A stretch of DNA of 64,000 nucleotides, from assembly GCA_030390025.1 (NCBI GenBank), contig CM059431.1:99326001-99390000 (forward strand), in the 5' to 3' direction. The notes under the pieces are model-generated. The model was not told the DNA's origin and searched no databases. It saw nothing but the letters and a program-made list of their open reading frames with translations. Origin of the DNA: Squalus acanthias (taxonomy: Eukaryota). Every line of letters starts with the position of its first letter. Position 1 is the stretch's first letter. A program made the position numbers and the translations under genes. Positions 37,629 to 50,523 of this stretch are shown piece after piece.

Positions 37629-37916
37629 TGTTTCCACTTGTAGAGGAGACCAGAACTAGGGGCCATCAATATAAGATAGTCACTAATAAATCCAATAGGG
37701 AATTCAGGAGAAACTTCTTTACCCAGAGAGTGGGGAGAATGTGGAACTCGCTACCACAGGGAGTGGTTGAGGCGAATAGCATTTAAGAGGAAGCTAGATA
37801 AAATGAGGGAGAAAGGAATAGAAGGATATGCTGATAGGGTGAGATGTAGAGGGGCATAAACACCAGCACGGAGCAGTTGGGCCGAATGGCCTGTTTCTGT
37901 GCTGTAGACTCGATGT
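37629..37916 (+). mobile_element. CR1-like LINE 3' fragment
   Basis: Matches ~31608-31930. Confidence 0.85.
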
Positions 37917-38015
37917 GAGAATGGAGCTGTGTCCTGTTACAGATGATAAAATGTTGATAGTTTAGTTTACTTTGAGGTTAGTTAATTGTTTTTTGCACTT
38001 CATCAGTGTTAAGAC

Positions 38016-38772
38016 AATGACTATCTCCAACAAGCGAGAGTCTAACCATCGCCCCTTGACATTCAACGGCATTACCATCGCCGAATCCCCCACCATCAAC
38101 ATCCTGGGGGGTCACCATTGACCAGAAACTTAACTGGATCAGCCACATAAATACTGTGGCAACAAGAGCAGGTCAGAGGCTGGGTATTCTGTGGCGACTG
38201 TCTCACCTCTTGACTCCCCGAAGCCTTTCCACCATCTACAAGGCACAAGTCAGGAGTGTGATGGAATACTCTCCACTTGCCTGGATGAGTGCAGCTCCAA
38301 CAACACTCAAGAAGCTCGACCCAATCCAGGACAAAGCAGCCCGCTTGATTGGCCCCCTATCCACCACCTTAAACATTCACTCCCTCCACCACCGGCGCAC
38401 CGTGGCTGCAGTGTGTACCATCTACAAGATGCACTGCAGCAACTCGCCAAGGCTTCTTTGGCAGCACCTCCCAAACCCGCGACCTCTCCCACCTAGAAGG
38501 ACAAGGGCAGCAGGTGCATGGGAACACCACCACCTCCAAGTTCCCCTCCGAGTCACACACCATCCTGACTTAGAAATATATCGGCCGCTCCTTCATCGTC
38601 GCTGGGTCAAAATCCTGGAACTCCCTCCCTAACAGCACTGTGGGAGTACCTTCACCACACGGACTACAGCAGTTCAAGAAGGCAGCTCACCACCACCTTC
38701 TCAAGGGTCAATTAGGGATGGGCAATAAATGCTGGCCTTGCTAGCGACGCCCACATCCCATAAACAAATTTT
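38016..38772 (+). mobile_element. LINE family B 3' fragment
   Basis: ATRAGQRLGILWRLSHLL...IYKMHCSNSPRLL. Confidence 0.9.
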
Positions 38773-39787
38773 AAAAAAGAATTAAAACTGTCCTGTCCTG
38801 CCGACCACAAAATGGAAGCTGGAGCTGGGGCGAGTCTTTGACATTTAGGATCACCTGATGTGGAGAGTTTGTCCTACGGATAATGAGAATATGTCTCATC
38901 AAGGCATTGATTAGATTATTTAATTGAGCCAGGAGAAGGTGCTTTGTGTAGCTTGATGCATCACCGTGTCTTTAATATGACTTGATTGGCATTTATATCC
39001 AGAGGCTGTTGATGGGCGAGTAGCTCATTCTTGTAATCTTGCAGTTTAGTTTCGTGTGTGCCTGAGCTTTGTGTGCAAGGCAAGCACATTGCCTCTCTCA
39101 TTCATCAACCATCGCATCAGAAAGCACATGAAAGTTGACATCTTCCACAATCTCGTTGCTTATTGGACTTTGTAAGAAATATGCTCTAAGATAGATTTGC
39201 AAATTTTTGTGGACTGATTCATTTATTGTTTTTTTAACCATCAGTCTTTTGCTGCGTTCTTGGATTTCTGTGTAATCTTAATTCTAATTTTTTGCAAATA
39301 AATTCTCTTTGTACTTTTAGTTGAATGATGTGCTCTGACAGCGTGAGGTCGAAGGTTGCCCGGTGAACAACCCATGCACTCTCCAGACTGAAATAACTTG
39401 GTAGTAGGATAAATGTTAATGGTGCGGCACACATTGGGGCAGAGGTACACCACCTACAGGCTCCAAACCCCGGCAAACCGACCCTCACAGTTCAGACATC
39501 CCAGTCCTATTTGTACTTTATACCTTTCATTGCCTGGCTTACCTCCTTTCAACCGTGTGGTTCTGGAGGTTTCTGAAAGCCTGCTTTTAGCACTGTTGTC
39601 TCATTGAAGGATAAATTCTAAAGGAGAACTTCAAATCCTGTTGGCTTATACAGCTCGAGAAGGTTAATATAAACTTCACACGTGGCCCTCATTGCACCTT
39701 AGTGTACACCTCCGTTGGCCATGAATGCAAAAGGATGGACATCCTTACATTATAATCGTAGGAGACATAATTTTACCTATAGAAACT

Positions 39788-40012
39788 GGTGAGAATGTGG
39801 GACCCAGTACCACATGGAATGGTTGAGGTGAATAGCAGAGATGCATTTAAGGGGAAGCTGGATAAACACACGAGGGAGAAAGGAATAGAAGGTTATGCTG
39901 ATAGGGTGAGATGAAGAGGGGTGGGAGGAGGCTGGTGTGGAGCAGAAACACCGGCATGGACCAGTTGGGCCGAATGGCCTGTTTCTGTGCTGTAAGTATA
40001 TGTAATTCTATG
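39788..40012 (+). mobile_element. CR1-like LINE tail
   Basis: Matches the CR1 3' tail. Confidence 0.8.
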
Positions 40013-41051
40013 AACCTTGCACAAATAAAGAAAGTTGACAGCAAACCCATATTATAACAGCTGGTAATTTGAATAGTGGCAGAAGATATGGGGTCATTAA
40101 TGACCTGCTTACATGGACCCATTAATGATTGTGGAACCTATTTATGTTGCTGATTTCAGCTATGGCAATTCAGTTTGTTGTCTGCCAGGGGAGTTCCCAT
40201 GAAGAACAATACTAGAGTCATGGATCTGCTTTTCTTGGGTGCTATTGAGTTTCGCGAAGTAGAACGATCTGTGCACGAGGTGCATGTGAAGACTGGTCTA
40301 TGCGTAGAGTCATTTATGATCTCGGGGCCCATTTATATAAACGTCACTTGGTTTAAGGTGGAAGCGAGTGCTAGAATGTCTGGTTTATGTAAAAGATGGA
40401 CACTGGTCAACAGTTTAAGACCATGGAACATTTATGTGACCAAATGCTAACAATCTAACCAATGGACTAGGCAATATGTATAAATGAATAAGCTGTTAAT
40501 TTCTGTTAGCCAGCCTGATACTGTCCAGTGGACTATTTTGTGACATGTAAAACGCCCAATCATTAGGGTAATCTTTAGAAATGATCATTTTTGTTCTAGA
40601 ATGGACTGAACTCTGAATAAAACTAGAAGCTAGAAATGGCAGAAAATATGTGAAGTATTTCGCTAGCTAGCTTCTTAATTGAAAGATTTCAGACAGCGTT
40701 AGCCTCTTCGAACTTCAAGACAGCTGATTTTTTAGATATTCATCTGCAGTTACCAGAATTATTTGTGTGTTAGTGGGCTGACGTTATATTGTTTCATAAG
40801 ACAGATTTTTCACAAGCAAGCCCAAGAATATTTTTAGTGCCCAGGAGGTGGAACGAGTCTCACTTTCCTGCCTAAAATAACACGCACCAAAAAACATGAT
40901 ACATTTCAATCAGCGTTCAGTAAACAACCTTAGCAACGCAGGATAACGTCAACCAGACCCTGTCTTTGTGAATAACGTAACAAATTGAAGTGCTAGAAAA
41001 TATGCATCTTGCGTAAGAAAACTTGGTCGTGTTCATATATTTTATATTCCA

Positions 41052-41895
41052 GGGGGGAAAAGTTCGGTATCGCCCATTTTGGGGCGCTAATATCGGCTGG
41101 GCGCAAAGTTTAGCGCCCGGCGCTAATTATCGCCTCCGACTGCAAAATTCGTCTCCATCGCCCCTGGAGGTAATTTGAGTGCTAAATCAGGCGCTACACA
41201 CCTCTCTCAAGGCGGTAACGTCGGGGAGTGAGGCGCTACCTCAGAACGCTACCGAAGCTCAGGCTATGTCCGTTACCATGGAAGCCAGACAGACTGGCGC
41301 CGTCCAGTTCTTAAAGGGGAGGGGCCATCTTGCTGGCCAGCCACTCCCTGCTCATTGCAGCCTTGAATCTCGGCCTGGAGAGACCTCGAAAGCAATTGTG
41401 TTGGAAGCACTAATGGATAGGCCCAGGGAAAGAGCTCGGCGTTTAGGAACCTCCAAAGTAGTGCTGAGGGGCCAAAACTCCTTAGGACAGCGTTAAATCT
41501 CTCCAGACGTCTCTCTCTCTCTCAAACTGCGTGTACCAAAAATTTTGCCGACAAGAAAAGGCAGGAAGCACCCACCTTTAAATAGCGCTCCCCCAGCCCC
41601 TTCCCGACTTGAAAACGTTCCCCTCTACCTGTCGTTCCTAGCGGCAGGCGCTAAGGCAGAGGGCGCGACTCAATATCTGGTCCGGGGCGCTACTGGGGCA
41701 TTGCACGCTCGACTGACGTTACGATCTGTGGGCGCAGGAGATCGTGGCGGTAGTGTTTAGCGCTGCCGCAAAACGAGTGGTCAATTTCGCGAGCGGTGCT
41801 AAAATCGCCGCCCTCGGGCGCTAAGTTCCTAGCGCCCCGTTAGCTCCCCACGGAGGCGCTAACGGGAGGCGCTAACCAACCAAATTTTTCCCCCC
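41052..41895. mobile_element. CpG-rich TIR element (Harbinger-like MITE)
   Basis: Termini GGGGGGAAAAGTT and AATTTTTCCCCCC. Many subterminal GCGCTA/TAGCGC motifs. Confidence 0.7.
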
Positions 41896-42162
41896 AAGTG
41901 TTTCGATAAAATTTTTAACTTGTGGTATTTATCACACTCACTCTAGCCTGATCTGGAATTCATCGTGCAGTAGTGTGTGCATTGTGATTAGAACAGTGTC
42001 GTCCTTGCTGAATACTGTCCTAAATCTGCCCCATTTGGGTGCTTTATGATCACATTGCCACGATACAGACTGATCTGTAGAACTGAAATGGCAAGAGTGG
42101 CTTCTCATCTCAGTTAACAGCTGACAGACAATTTCTCCAACCGCTGCAGTTTTTTGTTTAAT

Positions 42163-42341
42163 TCATTCTCGGGATGTGGGCGTCACTGGCAAGGCCCAGC
42201 ATTTATTGTCCGTCCCTAATTGCCCCTTGAGAAGGTGGTGGTGAGCCGCCTTCTTCAACCGCTGCAGTCCGTGTGGTGAAGGTGCTCCCACAGTGCTGTT
42301 AGGGAGGGAGTTCCAGGATTTTGACCCAGCGACGATGAAAG
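42163..42341 (-). mobile_element. LINE family B tail
   Basis: Matches ~33700-33870. Confidence 0.85.
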
Positions 42342-42684
42342 AATTGCTCGGTCAATGGCGGCACTACTGAACCACTCTTCCTCCAAGTGGTGATCAACAT
42401 GGAGGCGTATTGATTCATCAGGCAAGAGATTTCTCTACCCATGGGTTTGAGCTGAAGCTATGAGACTAGTCTGTGAATGTTTCTCATGTTGGCTTAGTTC
42501 TTGTGTACTGCACACAAGTTCAGGTGTATTGATGCATTCGTGAGGGAAACCACTTAATTATCTTCAAAGTTATCAGGGAATTAGAGTATTTATAAGGTTT
42601 GCAAAACAAAATGAAATGTAGAATCGGGTGCTGAAAGTGCATTGGAAAGCATTTGGAATTCCCGACTCTACATATTGTAGTTAC

Positions 42685-42847
42685 CAATGTTCACTTTAAG
42701 CTGTGTGGCTCGCAGCGGTCTGGAGCTCCCACGCAGGCCGCTTGCAGGCTTTACAATAGGAAAAACTGCGCATGCGCGGGAATTTGATTGGGCCGCGCAA
42801 CCCCTTAATGGGGCCGCACACTCAAAACAAAATTAAACGGAACATTG
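42685..42847. mobile_element. hAT-type MITE (family 1)
   Basis: CAATGTTC...GGAACATTG. TSD GTAGTTAC/GCAGTTAC. Confidence 0.8.
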
Positions 42848-42855
42848 GCAGTTAC

Positions 42856-43312
42856 ATAGCATAGATTTTACAGCACAGAAACAGGCCATTCGGCCCAACT
42901 GGTCCGTGCCGGTGTTTCTGCTCCACTCGAGCCTCCTCCCACCCCTCTTCATCTCACCCCATCAACATATCCTCCTATTCCTTTCTCCCTCATGTGTTTA
43001 TCGAGCTTCCCCTTAACTGTATCTCTGCTATTCGCCTCAACCAGTCCCTGTGGTAGCGAGTTCCACATTCTCACCACTCTCTGGGTAAAGAAGTTTCTCC
43101 TGAATTCCCTATTGGATTTATTGGTGACTATATTTTATTTATGGCCCCTAGTTCTGGACTCTCCACAAGTGGAAAACATCTTCTCTCCATCTACCCTATC
43201 GAAACCCTTCATAACTATAAAGACCTCGATCAGGTCGCCCCTCAGCCTTCGCTTTTCTAGAGAAAAGAGCCCCAGCCTGTTCAGTCTTTCCCGATGGTTA
43301 GAGCCTCTCGGT
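42856..43312 (-). mobile_element. CR1-like LINE 3' fragment
   Basis: RERLNRLGLFSLEKRRLRGDLIEVF. Confidence 0.85.
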
Positions 43313-43736
43313 TCTGCATTAACAGTTGCTACTTTGACATGCAAATGGTAACATTTATGAAGGTTTATTTATGATATATGGATATATGGATATGTCGTGT
43401 GGAGTCTGAGTCAAATTAAGGCAAGAATGACTCCTTTTCTGAGCAACACCTTCCTTATTATTTATCTAGCCAAGCACAGAGGTAAGCAGGTACATCTGGG
43501 TCTGCAGCTGGTGGTAGAAAACAAATATTTATCCCAGTGGGATGTTGCATGTCGAACACACTGACACACTCGACAGACCAGGCTGCTCTCTGCAAACTCA
43601 GGTTACAACCCACCAATCTCCGCTACAATAATCCTGATTAGCATCTTTGTAGTATGGGCTTTAGCTGAATTATAAGGACCTGTAGTCAGTTGTCCCAGTA
43701 CCTCTAGCACGACCTTTCTACCAGGGTAGACAGAGG

Positions 43737-44852
43737 GGCCGGAAATGTCCCATCAAAAATGCGGATGGGCTTGGATCGTGGGTGCTGTTAAATTGTTAAA
43801 AATGTGAATCCCGACCTGATCCTGCCTCCAACATTTGGTGAGGGGGGGGGGGGCGTTACCTCAATTTAAATATTGTAATGAGGCTGGAAGCCTCTATTTT
43901 CCATTGGCCTGTGGACGGGTTTCGCACATTTCGTGAAACCCGGCAGTTAAACCGAGGCGGGGACTGGTGGATCCAGGAGGTAAGTGGCTTTACATCCACC
44001 GCCTGGATCCAGGGTCCCGACCATACCCACCCCGCGATCGGAGACCCCCTCACGAGGCCTTCGATCGTCTCCCCAGGCCTCCCCCCCAGGCCTTCCTCCC
44101 CTCAACGATGATGATGAGGCCGGCCACGATCCCCTGATCCCTGGCCGACCCCCCCCTCCGTGATCTCCGATCCCCCCCCCGATCCCCCCCGCAAACCCTG
44201 TTTGCCTGCCGATCCTGCAACCCACCCCGATCCTCTCTCCCCCGATCCTCTGTCCCCCCTCCCACCAAATGCCAACCCACCACGATCCTCTCCCCCCGAT
44301 CCTCTCTCCCCCCGATCCTCTCTCCCCCCTCCCGCCGATTGCCAACCCCCCCGGTCCTCTCTCCCCCGATCCTCTTTCCCCCTCCCGCCGATTGCTAACC
44401 CCCCCGATCCTCCCTCCCCCTGATCCTCTCTCCCCCTCCCGCTGATTGCCAACCCCCCCGGTCCTCTCTCCCCCGATCCTCTTTCCCCCTCCCGCCGATT
44501 GCTAACCCCCCCGATCCTCTCTCACCCCCGATCCTCTCTCCCCCTCCCGCTGATTGCCAACCCCCCCGATCCTCTCTCCCCCCGATCCTCTCTCCCCCTC
44601 CCGCTGATTGCCAACCCCCCCGGTCCTCTCTCCTCCCGATCCTCTCTCCCCCTCCCGCTGATTGCCAACCCCCCCGGTCCTCTCTCCTCCCGATCCTCTC
44701 TCCCCCTCCCGCTGATTGCCAACCCCCCGATCCTCTCTCCCCCCGATCCTCTCTCCCCCTCCCGCCGATTGCCAACCCCCCCGATCCTCTCTCCCCCAAT
44801 CCTCTCTCCCCTTCCCGATTGCCGACCCTCCTCCCAGAACAAAATTCCGGCC
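43737..44852. mobile_element. Probable MITE containing a C-rich minisatellite
   Basis: Short TIR GGCCGGAA / TTCCGGCC. The interior resembles the element at 22134. Confidence 0.5.
44130..44830. repeat. C-rich complex minisatellite
   Basis: Recurring ccgatcctctctcccc and cccgctgattgccaacccc subunits. Confidence 0.9.
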
Positions 44853-45309
44853 GGGAATTCTTGTATTGGTCTTTGTGAGGAGTTACGGATATTTTTCCTG
44901 CTCATTTGCAGCACTCAAAGTGAATCTGTAGAGTTTTAAAATTGTATACCTGTAACTTCTCCAAGCATCTGTTAATCAGTTCTCATTGACAGAAGCTGCG
45001 TCCCTTTGTGAAGTCAGCCAAGTTTTGTAATATATGTATAATAGATTTCTCTTTAAATGTCTTTGACAGTTATTAGGTGCCCTGGGCTGTTTGCTAATGA
45101 TGGTTAGTAAAACAGGATACATGGTCAGCAATGTATGCACATCTTGTATTTCACAAATTACTGATCCATGGAAGTTACATCAGTTGAATTTTTTAAATGA
45201 TAGAACTTGTGTATGGTCTTTCAGTACCTTGGAGAGCAGCATTTACAATGGATAACAAGGGCACTGACATCTAGTAAAGACATCATTGATAGCTGCAGCA
45301 TGTAAAAAA

Positions 45310-45642
45310 ATATCTCGCTGAATTCCTTCAAGCGAGAGCTGGACCTGTTTCTGGTTGGGGTGGAGATCACCTCGTACAAAAGATAGGGACCGTATAACAT
45401 AAATTTGGGCCGGAATGGTCTCCTGGACTAGTTTCGATTGCATAAGGGGGGTCGGGGGTCAGAGATGAACTTCCCAGATATTTTCCCCCCCCCCATTGGC
45501 CTGGGTTTTTAATCTGGTTTTTCACCTCTACCAGGAGATCACATGGTTTTTGGGTGGGGTGGGGATGGAGTGTGTCTATTGTGATGCACGAGGTGTGGGA
45601 CGGGCTGGACGGACCAGAGGCTCTTTTCCTGTCCATCATTAT
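45310..45642 (+). mobile_element. CR1-like LINE 3' end of a different subfamily
   Basis: SLNSFKRELDLFL, then a tail ggctggacggaccagaggctcttttcctgtccatc. Confidence 0.55.
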
Positions 45643-45647
45643 CGCCG

Positions 45648-45830
45648 TTTCTTCATCGCCGCTGGGTCAAAATCCTGGAACTCCCTCCCTAACAGCACTG
45701 TGGGAGCACCTTCACCACACGGACTGCAGCGGTTGAAGAAGGCGGCTCACCACCACCTTCTCAAGGGCAATTAGGGATGGGCAATAAATGCTGGCCTTGC
45801 CAGCGACGCCAACATCCCATAAAACAAATT
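45648..45830 (+). mobile_element. LINE family B tail
   Basis: FIAAGSKSWNSLPNSTVG...KKAAHHHLLKGN. Confidence 0.85.
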
Positions 45831-45913
45831 TTAAAAAAATCATTGTTCGTATGCTCGTATTACTTCCAAATTCACTGCCCTCCCCCCCTCCCCAAAGTGG
45901 AGACAAATATAAT

Positions 45914-46665
45914 ATATTGGGCCGGATATTCCGATCCCTACGGGTGCACCCGTAGGGACATCGGAAATGCCGGTTTCAGGCATGCACAGCGCATGCGCTG
46001 AAAACCGGCATTTCCGATCTGTCAAGAATGCTCTTGACAGATCGGACGCCTGCCCTAGAGAAGGGCCTCTGCGGGGGGGAGAGTTCCGCTTCCTGCAGAA
46101 CCTCCGCCCGCTGAAAACCCTTAGAAATCTTACGCCTGGTAAAAGCAGGCGTAAGGCCTGCTTTTTCCAGCAAAAAAGTTGAAAAAAGTAAAAAAAAAAA
46201 AGTTTTTTCACTCATTTATCATTTAAAAATACTTAAAAAAAAGATAAGTTTATTTTTAGCCCATAAAAAACTTTATTATTTTTTTCAAAAATTTAAATTT
46301 TTGTTTAAAATATTTAGTTTATTGTAATTTCAACTAATTTTTAAAATGTGATTTTCAAAAAAATGTATTTAATGTTTTACAGTGTTTTTGGGGTGATCTC
46401 CATTTATATATTTGACAGGTCTCTCTGTCAAGTGTATGAAGGGAGATTCCCTTCTTTGATTGGCTCCCAATGACCCACGTGATCCCAGGGACGCTGCGAA
46501 CTACCTGCGCCTCTGGGATACGTGGGCCTTGTGCACTTGGAGTTCGAGAGGCTCAGCATCGGAACTATACGCACCTCGGGAGCCCTCAGGTAATGGCGTA
46601 GATTTTTTCCAGATCGGAGGCCTCCGCACACGGGAAGCCTCCGATCGGAAAATACGGGCCAATAT
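45914..46665. mobile_element. MITE with chained palindromes
   Basis: 23-bp terminal inverted match ATATTGGGCCGGATATTCCGATC / GATCGGAAAATACGGGCCAATAT (3 mismatches). AT-rich centre. Confidence 0.8.
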
Positions 46666-47209
46666 CTCTAATGCTGCACATGTCAAGCTAGTGGTAATGC
46701 CAGTGGTGTGCCAGTGAGCTGTGCCAATGAGTAACACATGGGTTCCTTCTTGGGATTTCAGCATATTCTGATTACGATACAAATGACACCACTTTATTTT
46801 CGACTATAATTTTTCGCCAGAAATCTAAAATAAGGATGTGAACTTCTAATCCTGCGGCAGTCTAATTACTGTGGCCCAGACTTTCCTGGGGATTTGCGCC
46901 ATTGCAATGACGCATCTATGTCGTAGCGACACTTGAACGGTGTAAAAGAAGGAGGAGATGGTGGAGTCAGCCACTTGCACCGTTAGTTATGCCACTCTGT
47001 ATTTTCCCTGGGACTGTTGTGCAATTGTCCTCACCCGAAACATTGGGAAGGTAATTACCAGCTCCCCGGCCCCATTAAAATCAACGGTGATCCCGATTTT
47101 CCTACCTTTATTCCAGGTTTCATGCTGCTGCCTTGGCCTGGCATCAGAGCGATTTATTGCTCCAAGATCGGAGTTAAACTCCCAGTTGCTAAAAATATAT
47201 TACTTGTTA

Positions 47210-48840
47210 AGCCCGCCCTGCGAGTTTCCCGGCCAATTAAAAGGAAGCGGGTCTGATGACGTCATTTGATGACGCGTCATCAGCTGGTTTCCTTAAATGG
47301 GCCATGTCCACATTCATTTTGACATTTGTGCTGTCAGTGTTCTACAGCATTGAGGTGCTGCAAACACTGACAAGCACTGCACAAAGGCTCTCCCATGACT
47401 CCCTCCATATGCTTATGGAGGGAGTCACAGCTCCCAGGGAGGTCCTCGTCTCTTCCAATGGGCGGAAGAGACCTCCCCAGGAGACCAATGCAGCCTGGTT
47501 GCACATTGTACAGGAGGGCACAAGCAGGAGGACCAGGCTGCAGTGACGTAAACCTTTCAATGATCTCAGTAGATCATGAAACATTACTGCCAAGCCACAC
47601 TCAACCTCATCCTGCTGTGCCTCTCATCACATCCCCATCACTCTGCCTTCCCTACCCTACTCCTGCACATCCTTACTCACACCAACTTACCTTGCACCTC
47701 CACCCATCCCTCTCTCTATCTACATTATCACTTCCCCATCTCACGAGCCACCCCTCACACTCACCCTCATCCTAGTCCAATCATACCAACTAACAACACA
47801 CAAGGGTAGGCAGTTGGGTGTTATTGCCAATGTTCATGTAAAGTTTCCAACAATGTGTTGTCAAACATTGAAATCTTTATTTTCAACAGTTTGCCTTCTT
47901 GGACAGATCTATGTACACCTTTGGAAGTGGCTTAGTGAGTTACAGTGAATGGTGAGACATAACGGTACCCCTCCTATGGTGGTGAGTGTGAAAGGAATGG
48001 CTTGGACATTGTAGAGATGCTTTATGGTGTTGGTATGTGGTGGTGCCAACCTGGCGCATCATGTGGCAGCCAGGGTGTACAGCATCAAGTGAAGTAAATC
48101 TGGCCATGGTGAGGCCATCCCTGGCCTCCCGGGCAGCAATGTGCTCGGGTGCTGATGCCCTGTGTCCTGTGCAGCATTAGTTGATTGCGGAGAAGGATGT
48201 TGTTGTTGTTGTTGGTGCTGCTGGTGTGCCTGGTGATGCTGGTGTTGGGGCTGATCGTGGTGGGATTGTGAGGACCAAGTTGAGATTTTTTCAAGGGCAC
48301 CGATGCTGATGGAATAGATGCAGGTGAAGTAGAGATGACAGAAGGGATCTGTCAATGGTGAGAGAGGTTGCTCCAAGGAGGCGACACTGGATAGAGAGTT
48401 TGCTCCAAACACTTCAAACCTCCATAAAGCTGAAAAGTGTATTCCAAATCCTGAAGGCTCCAGCCTTTAAGATTGGAAATTGAACAGCTGTGAAATGGGA
48501 ACTTTTATATCACTTTTGCAGCTGTCAACTATTCACAGCAATGCAGAGTCATTGAGAACCCGACACACTTACCTGACGTGATCCCCGAGCGCCGGGAACC
48601 TCGTAACAAACATGGAAAATCGTGAGGACCTGGTAAAATGCTGCTTAAATACCGTTAGTATCTCGATTGCTTGACCCGCCGCTTAGTGCCGGGTCTGCAA
48701 ACCGCAGGCAGAGCCAGCACTTGGGAAATTAACGAGGAGGCGGGTTCAGAGCGGACTTCCGCCCCGCCGTCAATCACTGCCATTTTGACAGCGGACCCGC
48801 CTCCGACCCAACCCTCTGAGCGCCGGCAAAATTCAGCCCT
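47210..48840. mobile_element. Internally deleted PIF/Harbinger transposon
   Basis: + strand Myb/SANT-like remnant at 47385-47567 (RLSHDSLHMLMEGV..REVL..NGRKRPP...AWLHI...Q*RKPFNDL). Convergent - strand transposase-like N- and C-terminal remnants at 48096-48304. Right TIR CAAAATTCAGCCCT. Left end uncertain. Confidence 0.65.
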
Positions 48841-49013
48841 CTATGTCTGGAGCCCATTCAATTTATGAGATTGTTTTCAGAATTTAAATGACCTTTTTCC
48901 TTTCTTTCCCCCCACAGCTCAATCTCACTAAAGCCACTAACACAACAAATGTATCTTCCCCAGTAACTCTAATTTACTTATTAATCATCATTGTCTCATC
49001 AGTTATGAGTAAC

Positions 49014-49455
49014 CGTGTCAGCCGTGGCTCAGTGGGTCACTCTCGCCTCTGAGTCAGAAGGTTGTGGGTTCAAGCCCCACTCCAGAGACTTGAGCACAAA
49101 AATCCAGGCTGACACTCCAGTGCAGTACTGAGGGAGCGCTGCACTGTCAGAGGTGCCGTCTTTCGGATGAGAGGTTAAATCGAGGCTCCGTCTGCTCTCT
49201 CAGGTGGACGTAAAAGATCCCACGGCACTATTTCAAAGAAGAGCAGGAGAGTGCTCCCCGGGGTCCTGAGGCCAATATTTATCCCTCAACCAACATCAGT
49301 AAAACAGATTATCTGGTCATTTATCACATTGTTGTTTGTGGGAGCTTGCTGTGTGCAAATTGGCTGCCTACATTACAAAAGTACTTCATTGGCTGTAAAG
49401 CACTTTGGGACATCCTGAGGCCATGAAAGGAGCTATAGAAATGCAAGTTCTTTCT
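49014..49455 (+). mobile_element. Deu-domain SINE
   Basis: A/B boxes, core and tail present. Confidence 0.9.
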
Positions 49456-50061
49456 TTTTATACCTCAAAAACATTTCGAGTCCATCTGTTCGGAGGTGTC
49501 AGCGAGCCATTATGTAAATGTTTTGCTGTACACAATGATTTGCAATCTTCAGCCTCCTTCAAACCCAAAGCTTTTCAGTAAGTTTAAAAATTCAAGGCTA
49601 GCTCGCTTGGCTCCAGACAAAAATCTCGAAACTTGAAAAGGGTACATGACAGCTCGAAATAATTGTAGCTGGCAGTTGATTTAAGAAGTTCCGCTGCCAA
49701 TTCACTGAAACCCTCCCACGACTCCCAAATGTGCTGTCCCTTCAGCTTTTGGATTGTCACTCAGTGCCTGATTTGCTGTGGTGTATTCTAATTTGACAAA
49801 CCAGCAAAATTTGGGGCAAGTTAGCAACAGCGAGATTTACGGTGTGCATTGCTAATCTTGCAGTTGCAGAAATATCTTTGCCAATATTCCTGCGTTTTTG
49901 TATGGTCATTTTACAAACAAACCAAATATTACATTATATCGAATATTGATATGATTTACAAATTAACGGTGTGCATTCTTGATGTTTAGAATGAGTGGTT
50001 AACTTGTTTTCCAGGACATCCCCTTCACTTGTCCTCTCGTAGTGGAATCATGTACAAGATA

Positions 50062-50523
50062 AAGAAAGACTTGCATTTCTATAGCATCTTTCATGACCAC
50101 CGGACGTCCCAAAGCGCTTTACAGCCAATGAAGTACTTTTTGAAGTGTAGTCACTGTTGTAATGTAGGAAACACGGCAGCCAATTTGCACACAGCAAGCT
50201 CCCACAAACAACAATGTGATAATGACCGGATAATCTGTTTTTAGTGATGTTGGTTGAGGGATAAATATTGGCCCCAGGACACCGGGGATAACTCCCCTGC
50301 TCTTCTTCGAAATAGTGGCCGCGGGATCTTTTATGTTCACCTGAGAGGGCAGAGGGGGCCTCGGTTTAACATCTCATCCGAAAGACGGCACCTCCGACAG
50401 TGCAGCTGTCCCTCAGCACTGCACTGGGAGTGTCGGCCTGGATTTTGCGCTCGAGTCGCTGGAGTTGGATTTGATCTTCTGACTCAGAGGTGTGCGTGCG
50501 ACCCACTGAGCCACGGCTGACAC
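50062..50523 (-). mobile_element. Deu-domain SINE
   Basis: Reverse-complement match to the other copies. Confidence 0.9.
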
